Part shown: positions 23,991 to 34,695 of the stretch, piece after piece | Layout: every line of letters starts with the position of its first letter | Position numbering within the stretch: the stretch's first letter is position 1 | From: Zygnema circumcarinatum SAG 698-1b | Taxonomy: Eukaryota > Plantae > Zygnematophyceae | Length of the DNA stretch: 64,000 nucleotides | Direction of reading: 5' to 3' | NCBI GenBank assembly: GCA_037447605.1 | Contig: CM074804.1 | Location: 8,533,909-8,597,908, forward strand | Program-made: the position numbers and the translations under genes | Notes under the pieces: model-generated | What the model saw: only the letters and a program-made list of their open reading frames with translations | Databases searched by the model: none | What the model was told of the DNA's origin: nothing

Positions 23991-24492
23991 TGTAGCGAAC
24001 TGAACGCTACAGACACCACGGTGCCGCCGGCATCCTGAGGATCTCCGTACGGTTCGGCCGTACAAGCCGTCCGTACAGTCGTACGGTGTAGCCATACGGA
24101 TCCGTACCACCCGTACGGACGGTACGGACTGACGGCGATTCTGCGGCGTCGCGCGTCGCGTTCGAGATCGGAACGCGACCACGACCGCCGGTCGCTATAC
24201 GGAGTGACGTGTCACGGTCACACATTGGGAATGCTGGTGACCGTGACCGGCCTCTCATACAACTGGCATTGGACCAGCCGATTGGCCACGTGGCATAGCG
24301 CCATTGGCTAGCCCTGCTCCCGGTCCCTTACGCTGGTAAAGGGTTCGACGGGGGGAGCGTATAAGGGGCGTGGGATGAATGCAAGAGGGGGTCCTTGGAA
24401 GGGGGCACTTGCAATCGTTCCAGAAACCAGCATTACATTTAAGTGACTTAGTCTCTAGCAGGCTTTGGGTGTTGTGCTCAAGGCTTGTTACA
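23991..24492 (+). repeat. 5' LTR of the chromovirus
   Basis: TG...CA termini, followed by the PBS, matches 30324-30825. Confidence 0.97.
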
Positions 24493-24538
24493 TTTTGGTA
24501 TCAGAGCTTGTGTTTCTCCTGCTAGGATTGTTTGTTTA

Positions 24539-26041
24539 ATGGAGGCATTTCCAGAATTTCCGCCTTTTCCGCCTTCCAGCCCTGAGGACCAAGAGGACCA
24601 CCCGATGGAGGAGAATCCAGAGGGGGATGAGACGGCAAATCCACGGGGTCCTTCTCTCATCGACTACAGCCCGTCTCCTTGCAGCAGCCCGGAGCAAGCG
24701 CCTCCTGCACCCATTCAGAATGACTCCTCACTGCCACCTGCGGGCCGACGACATCATGGCCGGGCAGCCCCAACCTTCAGAAGACTGTTGCTGTCCAGGC
24801 CAAGACCGGTCAGCACGATACCTCCTTGTGACCTGAAGACAGGAGATGGCGAGATGGCAGCTAACGCTCAGAGAAGATGGACAAGCTTCGCGCCCACCAC
24901 CGAGGCATTTGGCCTCGCCATGAAGAACTTGACGGCAGCAAAAGGTACGTCCAACATTCCCCAGGCCGAAGCCGTTGAGGCAGAGAAAGATCTACCTGGG
25001 GTAGCTGATGGGGTAGCACCATCAAATGCCACGAGAACTGCGACCCAACCTGTTGCCTCAAACAGCAGACGGTCGTCTGGACCCCCTGCCTCTTCTACAG
25101 GGGGGAGTCATCCCAACGGGGGTGGCGCACCTTCCAGTGGTGGTGGATCCCCTTCGGGATCGCCCTCTGGTGATGGGGGACTTCCTGGAACAGGATCCGG
25201 CCCCTTGGTCCCTCCTCAAGATTGGTCTTCGAGGAACAGGGCCAAGGTAACCCCCATTTCTCCTTGGGGAGAACACCCTGCAACCGACTGTTCTATTGAA
25301 CAGTGGTTGGGCCAAGTGAAGGGTTACCTTCACGCCACGAATTGCCCACAGAAGGAGTGGGTGAATTTTTCCTATCCATCACTTCGCGGCGATGCCTATC
25401 GTGTATACGAGAGCTTAGCCACTAAGATTGGGAGTGATTGGGAGAAATTCCGCAAGGAACTTGAGCGTCATTTTGGGGTTTTGGATCCTGGAATGGAAGC
25501 GCGTCAAAGGTACCACAATATGGTACAAACTGGTAGTGCCAAGAAGTTCTTGCGAGATCTGCGTATGACGGTGTCACTCATTAAGACACATCGTCCTACT
25601 AATGAAGCAGTGTTTTATCACTTCTGGATGGGCCTGAAGCCGCATTTGAAGAAGGAATTGCGATTAAATCCACGTACATCTCAACCATGGGAACCAGTGG
25701 ATGCAGAATTCTTCTATGCGGCGGCTTTGCAAGCTGATTCCTTTCCTGGCAGCAGCGCCGGACCTTCACGTCCACCACCTCCAGAGGCAGACCGGAAACT
25801 CTTCCCTTCATTTCCAAAGCTTAAGGGGGCAAATCCGCAGAAGAGGAAGCCGAGTGCCACCTCTGCCCCACAGCCTTCTGCAAAGGTGCAGAAGCTTACT
25901 CCACAGGAAATGGAGAAGATGAAGAAGGAAGGACGATGTTTCCGATGCCGACAGTCTGGCCATATGGCGAAGGACTGTTCGCAAAGCATCAAGGACAAGA
26001 AGGGAAAAGGGCCGGAAAACGGCACACCACCAGCAGTGTAG
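24539..26041 (+). CDS. Gag with CCHC zinc knuckle
   Basis: Intact 500-codon ORF with a capsid-like region (SIEQWL...ARQRYHNMVQTGS) and CFRCRQSGHMAKDC. Confidence 0.9.
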   Translation: MEAFPEFPPFPPSSPEDQEDHPMEENPEGDETANPRGPSLIDYSPSPCSSPEQAPPAPIQNDSSLPPAGRRHHGRAAPTFRRLLLSRPRPVSTIPPCDLKTGDGEMAANAQRRWTSFAPTTEAFGLAMKNLTAAKGTSNIPQAEAVEAEKDLPGVADGVAPSNATRTATQPVASNSRRSSGPPASSTGGSHPNGGGAPSSGGGSPSGSPSGDGGLPGTGSGPLVPPQDWSSRNRAKVTPISPWGEHPATDCSIEQWLGQVKGYLHATNCPQKEWVNFSYPSLRGDAYRVYESLATKIGSDWEKFRKELERHFGVLDPGMEARQRYHNMVQTGSAKKFLRDLRMTVSLIKTHRPTNEAVFYHFWMGLKPHLKKELRLNPRTSQPWEPVDAEFFYAAALQADSFPGSSAGPSRPPPPEADRKLFPSFPKLKGANPQKRKPSATSAPQPSAKVQKLTPQEMEKMKKEGRCFRCRQSGHMAKDCSQSIKDKKGKGPENGTPPAV

Positions 26042-29000
26042 GAGTCGCTGCGGGTGGAGAAGATGGATTAAGGATTGCAGCTGCTGCCATCAGTTCTAGA
26101 GGCTTGCTTGTACCACAACCTCTTGATATTCTGAATGTGATGGGCAGACAGCCGGATGACCATGATGTATTTGTGACTTTGTGTCCTGAGCATCTGAATG
26201 TGATTCCATTCTCGATTTCCTTAATCGTGACTCCTGACTCTTTCATGAATGTTGTGATGAATGGAGAACAATTGACTGTTTGGATTTTGAATCCTTCAGG
26301 TAATGTGTCTCTTATTGATTGTACATTTGTTGCTTTACGGTTACAGCGCACCACTAATCATGTTTCAAGTTTGCATGTATTGATGCCTTTGCATGCTTCT
26401 ATTGGGACTTTTAGCCATACTAACTGGAAGTTGGTCAAGATGTGGCGAAAAGGCCATCCCATGCTACATTGGGTGGATACTTCTACCAGTTTGCTGGTTG
26501 GATCGCCGTACCCTTTGATCTGGCGGACTTCATGTTCTCCATCATCGTATGTATTGCGGTCACTCTTCCACCTTGCACACCGTGCAATGACCTTTCAGGG
26601 ATTCATTGGCGGCAGATCTGTAGTAGTTTTACTTGATTCAGGTGCTGATTCTAATTTCATTAGTGTTGTACTTGTTAAGCTTGTTGACTTGCCTGTCTCC
26701 CCTGTCACCAAAGTTCATGACTTTTAGTGATGGTAAGCAGGGTCAGAAATCTGGAACCGTAACCCACGCGTTATGAAGTTCAGACTTATAAGGGCGAGTT
26801 CGGTGTTTGGTCACTAATTCTCGCGCACTGGCTAGATATTGTCTGGGAAGTCGGTGGTGACCATGGTCAAGGCTCAGATGGATTTTTCCAGACTCACCTG
26901 TGTTTTGCGATGCGGCGCACGACGAATAACACTGCGCCCAGGCATTACGATTCCAGATGCTGCTGAGCAGTCGGATACACCTTTTCAGTGTTCAGCCATG
27001 CAATTGGCTAAAGCTGTTCAGGCAGGATGTACCTTGTTTTTGGTACAAGTCATGGATACCACGGAAGATGTTCATGACGAGGAACAAGAGTGGCATGTCA
27101 CACCTACGGATGTGTTGTCACCTGTTCCATCTCGGATCCAACCGTTGTTGGATGAATTCAGGGATATTTTTCCTGATGACTTACCTCGGGGATTGCCTCC
27201 GTCACGAGGTGTCGGGCATACTATTCCCTTGGAACCTGGGCATAAGCCGCCGCTTGGCTGGCGGCCGATTTATCGGTTAAGTCCCAAGGAGACCGAAGAG
27301 ATGCGTAAGCAACTCTCAAACTTGAGAGACAAAGGTTGGATTGAACCCAGCCAGAGTCCTTTCGGTGCTCCAATCCTCTTTGTGGGGAAGAAAGATGGTT
27401 CTTTGCGAATGTGCATTGACTATCGGGCACTTAACAAGATAACTGTCAAGAATCGGTATGCGTTACCGCGTATTGATGACTTGCTGGACAGATTGCAAGG
27501 TGCTCGAGTATTCACATCACTCGATCTTGCACAAGGTTATCATCAGATTCATGTGAACAAATATGGTGTACCTAAGCGGCCATTTGGTACACCTATCGGT
27601 CATTTAATATGTAGGTTTTACCTTTTCGAGTAACTAATACTAACAACTCCAAGGCCGTAGTAGACAAAATGTTCATTGGCATGGATGACTTTGTTTTGGT
27701 GTACCTCGATGATATCCTCGTCTTTAGTAAGACAGTTGAGGACCATCTTCAACACGTGAGAAGGGTGTTTGAAGTTCTGAGGAAGCATCATTTTTATGCC
27801 AAGTGGAAGAAGTGTCACTTCATGCAGCGTGAGCTGCTTTACCTTGGGCATATCCTGAATGATCAGGGCATTCGACCGGACCCGGCCAAGGTGGTTGCGG
27901 TTGAGACATGGGAAGTACCGGCTGATTTACATCAGTTGCGGTCTTTCCTCGGATCTGCGAATTATTTTCGTAAATTTATTCAAGGGTTTAGCAAACTTGT
28001 TACTCCCTTGACAGATTTGACACGTGCCGGTGTCACTTACATTTGGACGCCTGAATGCCAGAGGGCCTTTGAGGGTGTTAAACATGCCTTAGTCACCGCA
28101 CCTACATTGGTGTTGGCAGACCCTACCAAACCATATGAGGTGGTTTGTGATGCGTCCGGATTCGCTCTGGGAGCCGTCCTATTTCAGGATGGGCGACCTC
28201 TTAGTGAAGTCGTAATGCGACCCGGCGAGCGCGCTGTTCTGCAGACCAGCGGACTCCTTAGGTGATGCCGCGCCTTGAGGATATGACGTATTGTTTAGAG
28301 GACGGAGGCGGTTGCACTTGTCACGGATAGTAAAAAAGCGTGACATTTCTTTCCTCTCTCACTGCATATTGACTCTCAGGGCGGCGTACTGTCCGAAGTT
28401 CCTTCAACGCATTTGATCGCTGCTGCGGGTCTATCGACCGTGAGAGGTTGAATGTGGCGGACCCATTGAGCAGGCAGTCGCGACATCTAGCCTGGATGGT
28501 GCATTCGTCGACTCGGGTGATGGAGGAACGAAGCGGTCGAGATGAAGGGCCGGCCAACCCTGATTTTCCCTTTCCGGTATGTCTAGCCATAAACCACCCC
28601 ACCAGTCGGACAGTCGACCCTCCTGCTCTCTCTGATCTCAGACGGATGATTCAAGAGGGCTATACTGGTGATCCCTTGTTCTTGGATGGCCAGGGGAGTG
28701 GCTATAAGGACAAAGTGGTGCTCTCAATATATGGGTTTTGGTATCACGGGACGCAATTGGTCGTGCCCAAGACCGGGGTTGTACGGCAACTCATTCTGAG
28801 TGAGTTGCATGATCCGCCGTACAGAGGTCATATGGGAATTGCCAAGACTCGTGAGGCACTGCTCCGTGAGTTCTGGTGGCCGGGGCTCACGAGGGATGTG
28901 AAGGCGTATGTACTCGCCTGTCCCACTTGTCAACGTGATAAGGCACGCACTGGCAGGATTCCTGGCCAGCTGCAACCCTTGACACCTCCTTTTCGGAAAT

Positions 29001-30274
29001 GGGAGAGTGTTGGCATGGATTTGATCACTGATCTACCTGTCACACCACGGGGTTTTGACTCCATCTTAGTGTTCGTCGATAGGCTCAGCAAGATGGTGCA
29101 TTTTGCACCAACTACTAAGACAGCTGGGGCCGATGAGATGGCACGGATCTATGTTGACAAAGTATGGAGTTTGCATGGGCTTCGAATCAAGAGTTATTTC
29201 TAGATCAAGTCAGGAGTCACTGGGCGTCCTGGAAAGAATGCTCGGAGTCGTGGTGCCAAGGGCGCCACTGTGAGTGCAGCCTTCCACCCGCGAGCTGGCG
29301 GCCGGGCGAGGCGGGTGGACACCGCTCCTGGAAGGTTATCTTCGGCATTGTGTGGGACCTGCTCCAAATGTGTAGGATAGGTTGCGGATCGTGCTGAATA
29401 TGCCCATAATAATGCGTACCAGGAATCTATCGGTACTACTCCATTCTTTTTGAATTTTGGTCAGCATCCTCTAAATCCCCTGCAGCCGAAGGATCAATCC
29501 CCTTCTGAGTGGCACATGGGTGTCCACCGAAATCCCGATCCTTGGTGTACGAGAGGAGCTGGTGGGACTCAACCTCCTGCCGTTACTTCTTTTGTCCGAT
29601 TGATGTCTGAGTCCTTGCAGCGGGCGCGGCAGACCCTGCAAGCGGCCAACTCCCGACAGAAGTCGTATGCTGATCGCAAGCGGACTCCACTTACCTTTAT
29701 TGAGGGAGATGAAGTTTTGTTGAGTACCGCTCATCTTAAACTCAAAGCTTATGGCGGCACCCGTAAGCTGTGGCCACGTTATGTGGGGCCTTTTAAAGTC
29801 GTGAAGCGCATTGGAGAAGTGGCTTACAGGTTGGATTTACCAGCCCATATGAAAGTGCATCCGGTCTTTCATGTGAGTCTGCTAAAGGCTTACCGACACG
29901 ACGGGAGGATCCAACCACCTCCTACACCAGTGGAGATTGAAGGCGACCTTGAGTATGAGGTTGAAGCCATTCAAACCCACCGAACAGTGCGAAAGGGTCG
30001 CAGATCCCATCACGAGTATCTCGTGAAGTGGTTGGGCTATGGGGTTGAACATAGTACTTGGGAGAAAGAAGGCAACTTGACCAATTGCCAGGAGCTCCTT
30101 GATTTGTATTGGGAGGCGCGGGCCGCCGGAGCGCGGGCGAGGGCTGAACGGGGGGTTCCTGGGCAGTCTTCGCGCAACTCGGACGGGGACTTGACCGGGA
30201 TTATCGCTGAGCCCTCCCGTACGTCACGCAGAGTTCGACGCGTGCCGTCGAAACTGCGAGCTGCTTTGACTTGA
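25936..30274 (+). pseudogene. Pol (PR-RT-RNase H-integrase-chromodomain), frame-disrupted in this assembly
   Basis: LLDSGA (PR); KKDGSLRMCIDYRALN, DLAQGYHQI and YLDD (RT); VCDASGFALG (RH); HDPPYRGH...CPTC and GMDLITDLP (INT); YEVEAI...YLVKWLGY...STWE (chromodomain). Split across several frames. Confidence 0.9.
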
Positions 30275-30323
30275 TTTACCCTCGTGAACGAGGACGTTCA
30301 CACTTCGCATTGGGGGGGAGTAA

Positions 30324-30825
30324 TGTAGCGAACTGAACGCTACAGACACCACGGTGCCGCCGGCATCCTGAGGATCTCCGTACGGTTCGGCCGTACAAGC
30401 CTTCCGTACAGTCGTACGGTGTAGCCGTACGGATCCGTACCACCCGTACGGACGGTACGGACTGACGGCGATTCTGTGGCGTCGCGCGTCGCGTTCGAGA
30501 TCGGAACGCGACCACGACCGCCGGTCGCTATACGGAGTAACGTGTCACGGTCACACATTGGGAATGCTGGTGACCGTGACCGGCCTCTCATACAACTGGC
30601 ATTGGACCAGCCGATTGGCCACGTGGCATAGCGCCATTGGCTAGCCCTGCTCCCGGTCCCTTACGCTGGTAAAGGGTTCGACGGGGGGAGCGTATAAGGG
30701 GCGTGGGATGAATGCAAGAGGGGGTCCTTGGAAGGGGGCACTTGCAATCGTTCCAGAAACCAGCATTTCGTTTAAGTGACTTAGTCTCTAGCAGGCTTTG
30801 GGTGTTGTGCTCAAGGCTTGTTACA
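30324..30825 (+). repeat. 3' LTR of the chromovirus
   Basis: Preceded by a polypurine tract and followed by TSD TCAGC. Confidence 0.97.
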
Positions 30826-31170
30826 TCAGCACAGCTCTCAAACTGGCGGAGACAGCTCTGCAAAAGGGCTGCTCTATCAGCGAGCTGCCAAGAGGGTCGC
30901 TCTACCTGCGAGCCGTCAAGATTAAGGCAAAGGCACTCACAACGGTAAGCACTACTCTTCTACCTACTGCTGCCAATTATTTAAACAGGGCTAGTAAATA
31001 AAGATCAATATAGAGTAAATTTCGAGAACAAGATTACCAAAATCAGAAAATTCACTTGCGATATATTTTTTATTCATAGTCAATCTGTTGTTTTTATTAG
31101 CATACAAGGCTTTTGATGTTAAGGCGACTTAAGTTGGCCTTACACCGATTATTCATTATTAAGGTGATGG

Positions 31171-31619
31171 TGTAACAAACCACTGCCTCCAGCAAGGTTC
31201 GAACTCAGGACCTCCCGGTATTCACCTAAGTGCTTTACCATTAAAAGGCAACCGCGGATGTAAGTACTCGGCCATACAACCCATGTATAGCGTTTCGCTA
31301 CATTCCTCCCCACCTAAACCGGGCTCGTCCTCGAGCGCAGTCAAGGTTTTTCACGAGCAGCGTTCAAGCTCTGTCAACACATGAAGGTGGCGTACGGTTC
31401 AGACCCTCTGGCCAACCGTACCATGCTCAGAGATCACGGTGTTTTTAGGGTGGATTGCAAATACCAGTCCTTAGGCTCTGATACCAATGTAACAAACCAC
31501 TGCCTCCAGCAGGGTTCGAACTCAGGACCTCCCGGTATTCACCTAAGTGCTTTACCATTAAAAGGCAACCGCGGATGTAAGTACTCGGCCATACAACCCA
31601 TGTATAGCATTTCGCTACA
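31171..31619 (-). mobile_element. TRIM (non-autonomous miniature LTR element), 449 bp, with tRNA-like LTRs
   Basis: 132-bp direct repeats at 31171-31302 and 31488-31619 (2 mismatches), TSD GATGG on both sides, minus-strand PBS TGGTATCAGAGCC (31486-31474), PPT GGTGGGGAGGAA (31314-31303), 185-bp non-coding interior. Confidence 0.95.
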
Positions 31620-31661
31620 GATGGCTAGGGCCACAATTTTGGGCCTAATATTTATATCAGC

Positions 31662-31830
31662 AGTTGCTTTTTAATGGTAAAGCACTGGTGTGGGTACCGA
31701 GAGGTCTTGTGTTTGAACACGAAGGTCTACATAGGGCGTAACTTGGTTTATTATCTTCACCACGGTACTCGCCTAATGGTAAAGGTATCAAAAATTATTT
31801 AAAGACCTACAGGTTTGGGGTTCGAACCAA
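31662..31830 (+). mobile_element. Degenerate tRNA-derived (SINE-like) segments
   Basis: gttgctttttaatggtaaagcac...gaggtcttgtgtttgaac resembles the TRIM LTR cassette. A second taatggtaaagg...ggttcgaacc segment follows. Confidence 0.5.
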
Positions 31831-32199
31831 GGCACTGTGACCTTGGTTCCCTTTTTTTATAAATACAATTAAGTCTCGCACTTTGTGCTCGTGATCTAAC
31901 CATGTATTGCCATATGACAATGCGTTGCGTTGCAACGCGGCTTGTGTGATGCAGCGGGCCCATAAACATTACCTCTTTTGATCTTTTTGGGTTAAAGGAT
32001 GCCACGTGGCAATTTGCCATTGGATTGTACTACTTTCGGTCCCCGATGCTGGTATACTAGGGGTTTGACGGAGGGGTTTTTAGGGTTTTTAGGGTAACAA
32101 AATTTACTTAAGAACAACTCAGTGTCTAGTGACATTCTTGGCTCTTGGTACAAATGTAATTAGATGTAATTTTGGACAGTACCCTGGCAAATCAACAGC

Positions 32200-32345
32200 A
32201 ACTATTGCACAGTAGGCTGATAACCCTATTCTTTGCTTAGCCATGCAACTGGCTAAAGCAGTTAAAAAAAGATGCACCTTATTTAGGGTGCACATTATGG
32301 CAGCAACTGAGGATGTGCATGATGTGTATGACGAAGACCAGGAGC
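32200..32345 (+). pseudogene. Remnant of a related Gypsy pol (PR-RT linker)
   Basis: MQLAKAVKKRCTLFRVHIMAATEDVHD aligns by eye to MQLAKAVQAGCTLFLVQVMDTTEDVHD of the element at ~27.0 kb. Confidence 0.8.
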
Positions 32346-32761
32346 GATCTGCAGAGGCAGGTGCGAAGAATGGAGGCGAGAGGAAAGGGGGAAGGACGAA
32401 TAATGGAGGCGAGAGGAGGTGGGGGAAGGAAGAAAGGGAGGGAGGCAATACCGCTGCAGTAGGGAGGCGGCGGGAAAGAGAAGAGACACGCAGGCGGGAG
32501 TGAGAGGGGCAGCGCGCTGGCGAGGAGGGTGATGCTGCGCAGCTGTAGGCGGCCGCCGTGGAGCAGCGGCTTGGGCTGCTGCCATAGCTGCTTGCGAGGG
32601 CTACAGGTGAAGGAGAGAGTAAGGGAAATTGAGAAAGAGAGGAAGAGAAAAAAGGAAGGGAGAACCTCGCCACGTGGAGCGCCCGAAACGTGGAGGCCTG
32701 TGATTCGCAAAGGGATTCAATTATTATCGTGTACTAAGGCAGAGAGGGGCCACATCGTCTG

Positions 32762-32808
32762 CCACTCACATCTAAAAGTTGTGGCACACAACTTTTAGAT
32801 GTGAGTGG
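32762..32808. repeat. Perfect inverted repeat, 22-bp arms, 3-nt loop
   Basis: ccactcacatctaaaagttgtg-gca-cacaacttttagatgtgagtgg. Confidence 0.97.
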
Positions 32809-33149
32809 ATCGGATCCGGATCGGGAATTAACGGTTTGCAAATCGCAACCATTGGTTCCAATGGTTGATCCAGCCAATGGCCCGTCCAGCGCATGGCCCG
32901 AAATGTTTTCGGCCTCCGTTCCCGTCCGCGATTGGGGAGCGTCGGCCGGGCAGCTGAAAGTCTTTCCGGTCCTCCCTCGCCGCGAGTACGACCAGTGCAG
33001 CCCACCTTCGGCGCCTCACGTCACGTCACATCACGCGCACCGTACGCGACAATTCCCCTACGGCTGTGGCGCCACCTGGTGGCCCGTAAAGTCAAGAGTC
33101 TTCTCCAGGTTTGAGGATATTATAGGTGCACGGCTCGCCGCTCTGAGCC

Positions 33150-33730
33150 ACACCTTTTCTCTCCGGGCAGCTCGCGGCCAACCTTGAGCTGCCCGTAAGG
33201 CGCTTGCCCAATCGCGGACGCTTGCCCTGCGTACTCGGCAGCCGAAATCATTTCAGGGCTGCCCAGGCAGTTGCAGTTGCAGTTGCAGTTGCAGTTGCAG
33301 TTGCAGTTGCAGTTGTAGTTGCAGTTCAGTTCGGTCAATACTGGTTGCGATTTTTTTGCTGCAACATTATCATGATCGATTTTCCATCGCTACTTAGTTT
33401 CAAAGTGCAGTTCAAGAATGTAACTGAACATGGAACTGGCTGACCAGTGATCTGCACTTCAGTGAGATGATAGTTTAGCAGCGTCATCCTCAACGAGGAC
33501 AAGACTGCTCTTTTTTTTTTTTTTTTTTTCAATAAAATTGGAGGAGTTTGAAAACTCAAAAAGTGTTGCGCAAATTGATGAACTCTTGTGTAAATCCATC
33601 AATAAAGGAGGGATTTCCTTGAACTGATGAGGACGGCAGCTGTTGTTTGAGCATTCACCAGTTTTCTTTTTAAGTGAAGATGGCGTTGGCTCGGCCCTAA
33701 CTTTAACTATGTGACGAATCCTGAATAGCA
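33150..33730 (-). CDS. Possible exons of an unrecognised gene
   Basis: Three GT-AG-bounded segments join in frame: IRHIVKVRAEPTPSSLKKKT / DHWSASSMFSYILELHFETN / PEMISAAEYAGQASAIGQAPYGQLKVGRELPGEK. No family recognised and ends undefined. Confidence 0.3.
33267..33326. repeat. (GCAGTT)n hexamer microsatellite
   Basis: About 10 copies visible. Confidence 0.95.
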
Positions 33731-34695
33731 TGTGACTGAGTGACTGACTGCATCCCTCCCTGCGTGAGAGCATCAACGTGCCGTGCCTGTCGTCAGGCCC
33801 CCCTCTCCTCTGGGGTCCAACCTCCTCCCAGCATGGACTGGACTCCGCTGCATTATGAGGTTGCCGGCTATCCTTCTCCCTCTCATCTCTCGTCGTATCA
33901 ATGTGCCGCCTCGCCCCTGTCGTAGATTCCATTCATTTCGCGGCGAGGCGATCGCGAATTTGGCGTGGTTAAGATTACTCGATGACTCTCACAAAACCTA
34001 CTCTCTAAAAAGTTGCGATCGAGGATGGAGTTTCCACAGGTAGCTGGGAACTAGACACTTCCTGTAATCACGACGTCAAATATGACTAAAAAGAAATAGG
34101 AAGATGAATGTGAGTAAAACGCATGTAACACGCGGGATGTGACTGACATGTTTATTGTGGATCGATTGACATATCACAGCGTAACAACATGTGTTTAGTC
34201 ATGTATTATTAGGCATTACTTGATTGCTAAGAATGTCCCTTTTTGTAATTACGTCAGTTCCATTTACGAATCAGCTTTCCAAATTCACGATTGGGCCACC
34301 AGTAAAGAGCCTAATGCAATTGGTGGCAAACCCGCAACTGAGCAGGAGGCGAGAGGGTGGGCGGGGGCTCAGACTCGGCGTGTTGCTCCGCAGCGCTGCA
34401 TCGAACGCTCGTCCGCTTCCTCCCGTGGAGCGCATCGACACTACTCCGCGATCGCATTCACAATGGCCGGAGATAGGCTTATTTTTTTAGCAGGCACCAA
34501 TATTTGAATCTTGCGAGAGCCTCTTTCCCACGCCCTGTCAACTTCTCCCCCACCTACAGCAGCTCTTGGAGCCGTAAACACGGGGACAGGCCTATGTGCC
34601 CCAAGCTGCCCTTTCTCAAGCAGAACATGCCAATTCATGCTGCGCTGCAAAAATGAAGCTCTAGTTTCCACTTCTGACTAGCTCCCGACACCGAC

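Larger units (their letters stand above)
23991..30825 (+). mobile_element. Full-length Ty3/Gypsy chromovirus LTR retrotransposon
   Basis: 502-bp LTRs (TGTAGC...GTTACA) with about 6 differences by eye, TSD TCAGC (23986-23990 and 30826-30830), tRNA-iMet PBS TGGTATCAGAGC (24496-24507), PPT at ~30312-30323, domain order gag-PR-RT-RH-INT-chromodomain. Confidence 0.97.

Noticed and set aside
23853-24258. ORFs within the LTRs (also 30276-30591)
   Set aside because: They start at non-ATG codons, are antisense, and lie in GC-rich LTR sequence with no recognisable domain.
31171-31619. Functional tRNA genes in the TRIM LTRs
   Set aside because: The acceptor and T stems do not pair properly and no clean anticodon loop is present. 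The sequence is tRNA-derived, not a tRNA gene.
32060-32095. Telomere-like TTTAGGG runs (also near 11745 and 14281)
   Set aside because: Only two or three degenerate units each; common interstitial telo-box-like sequence, not a telomere or fusion site.
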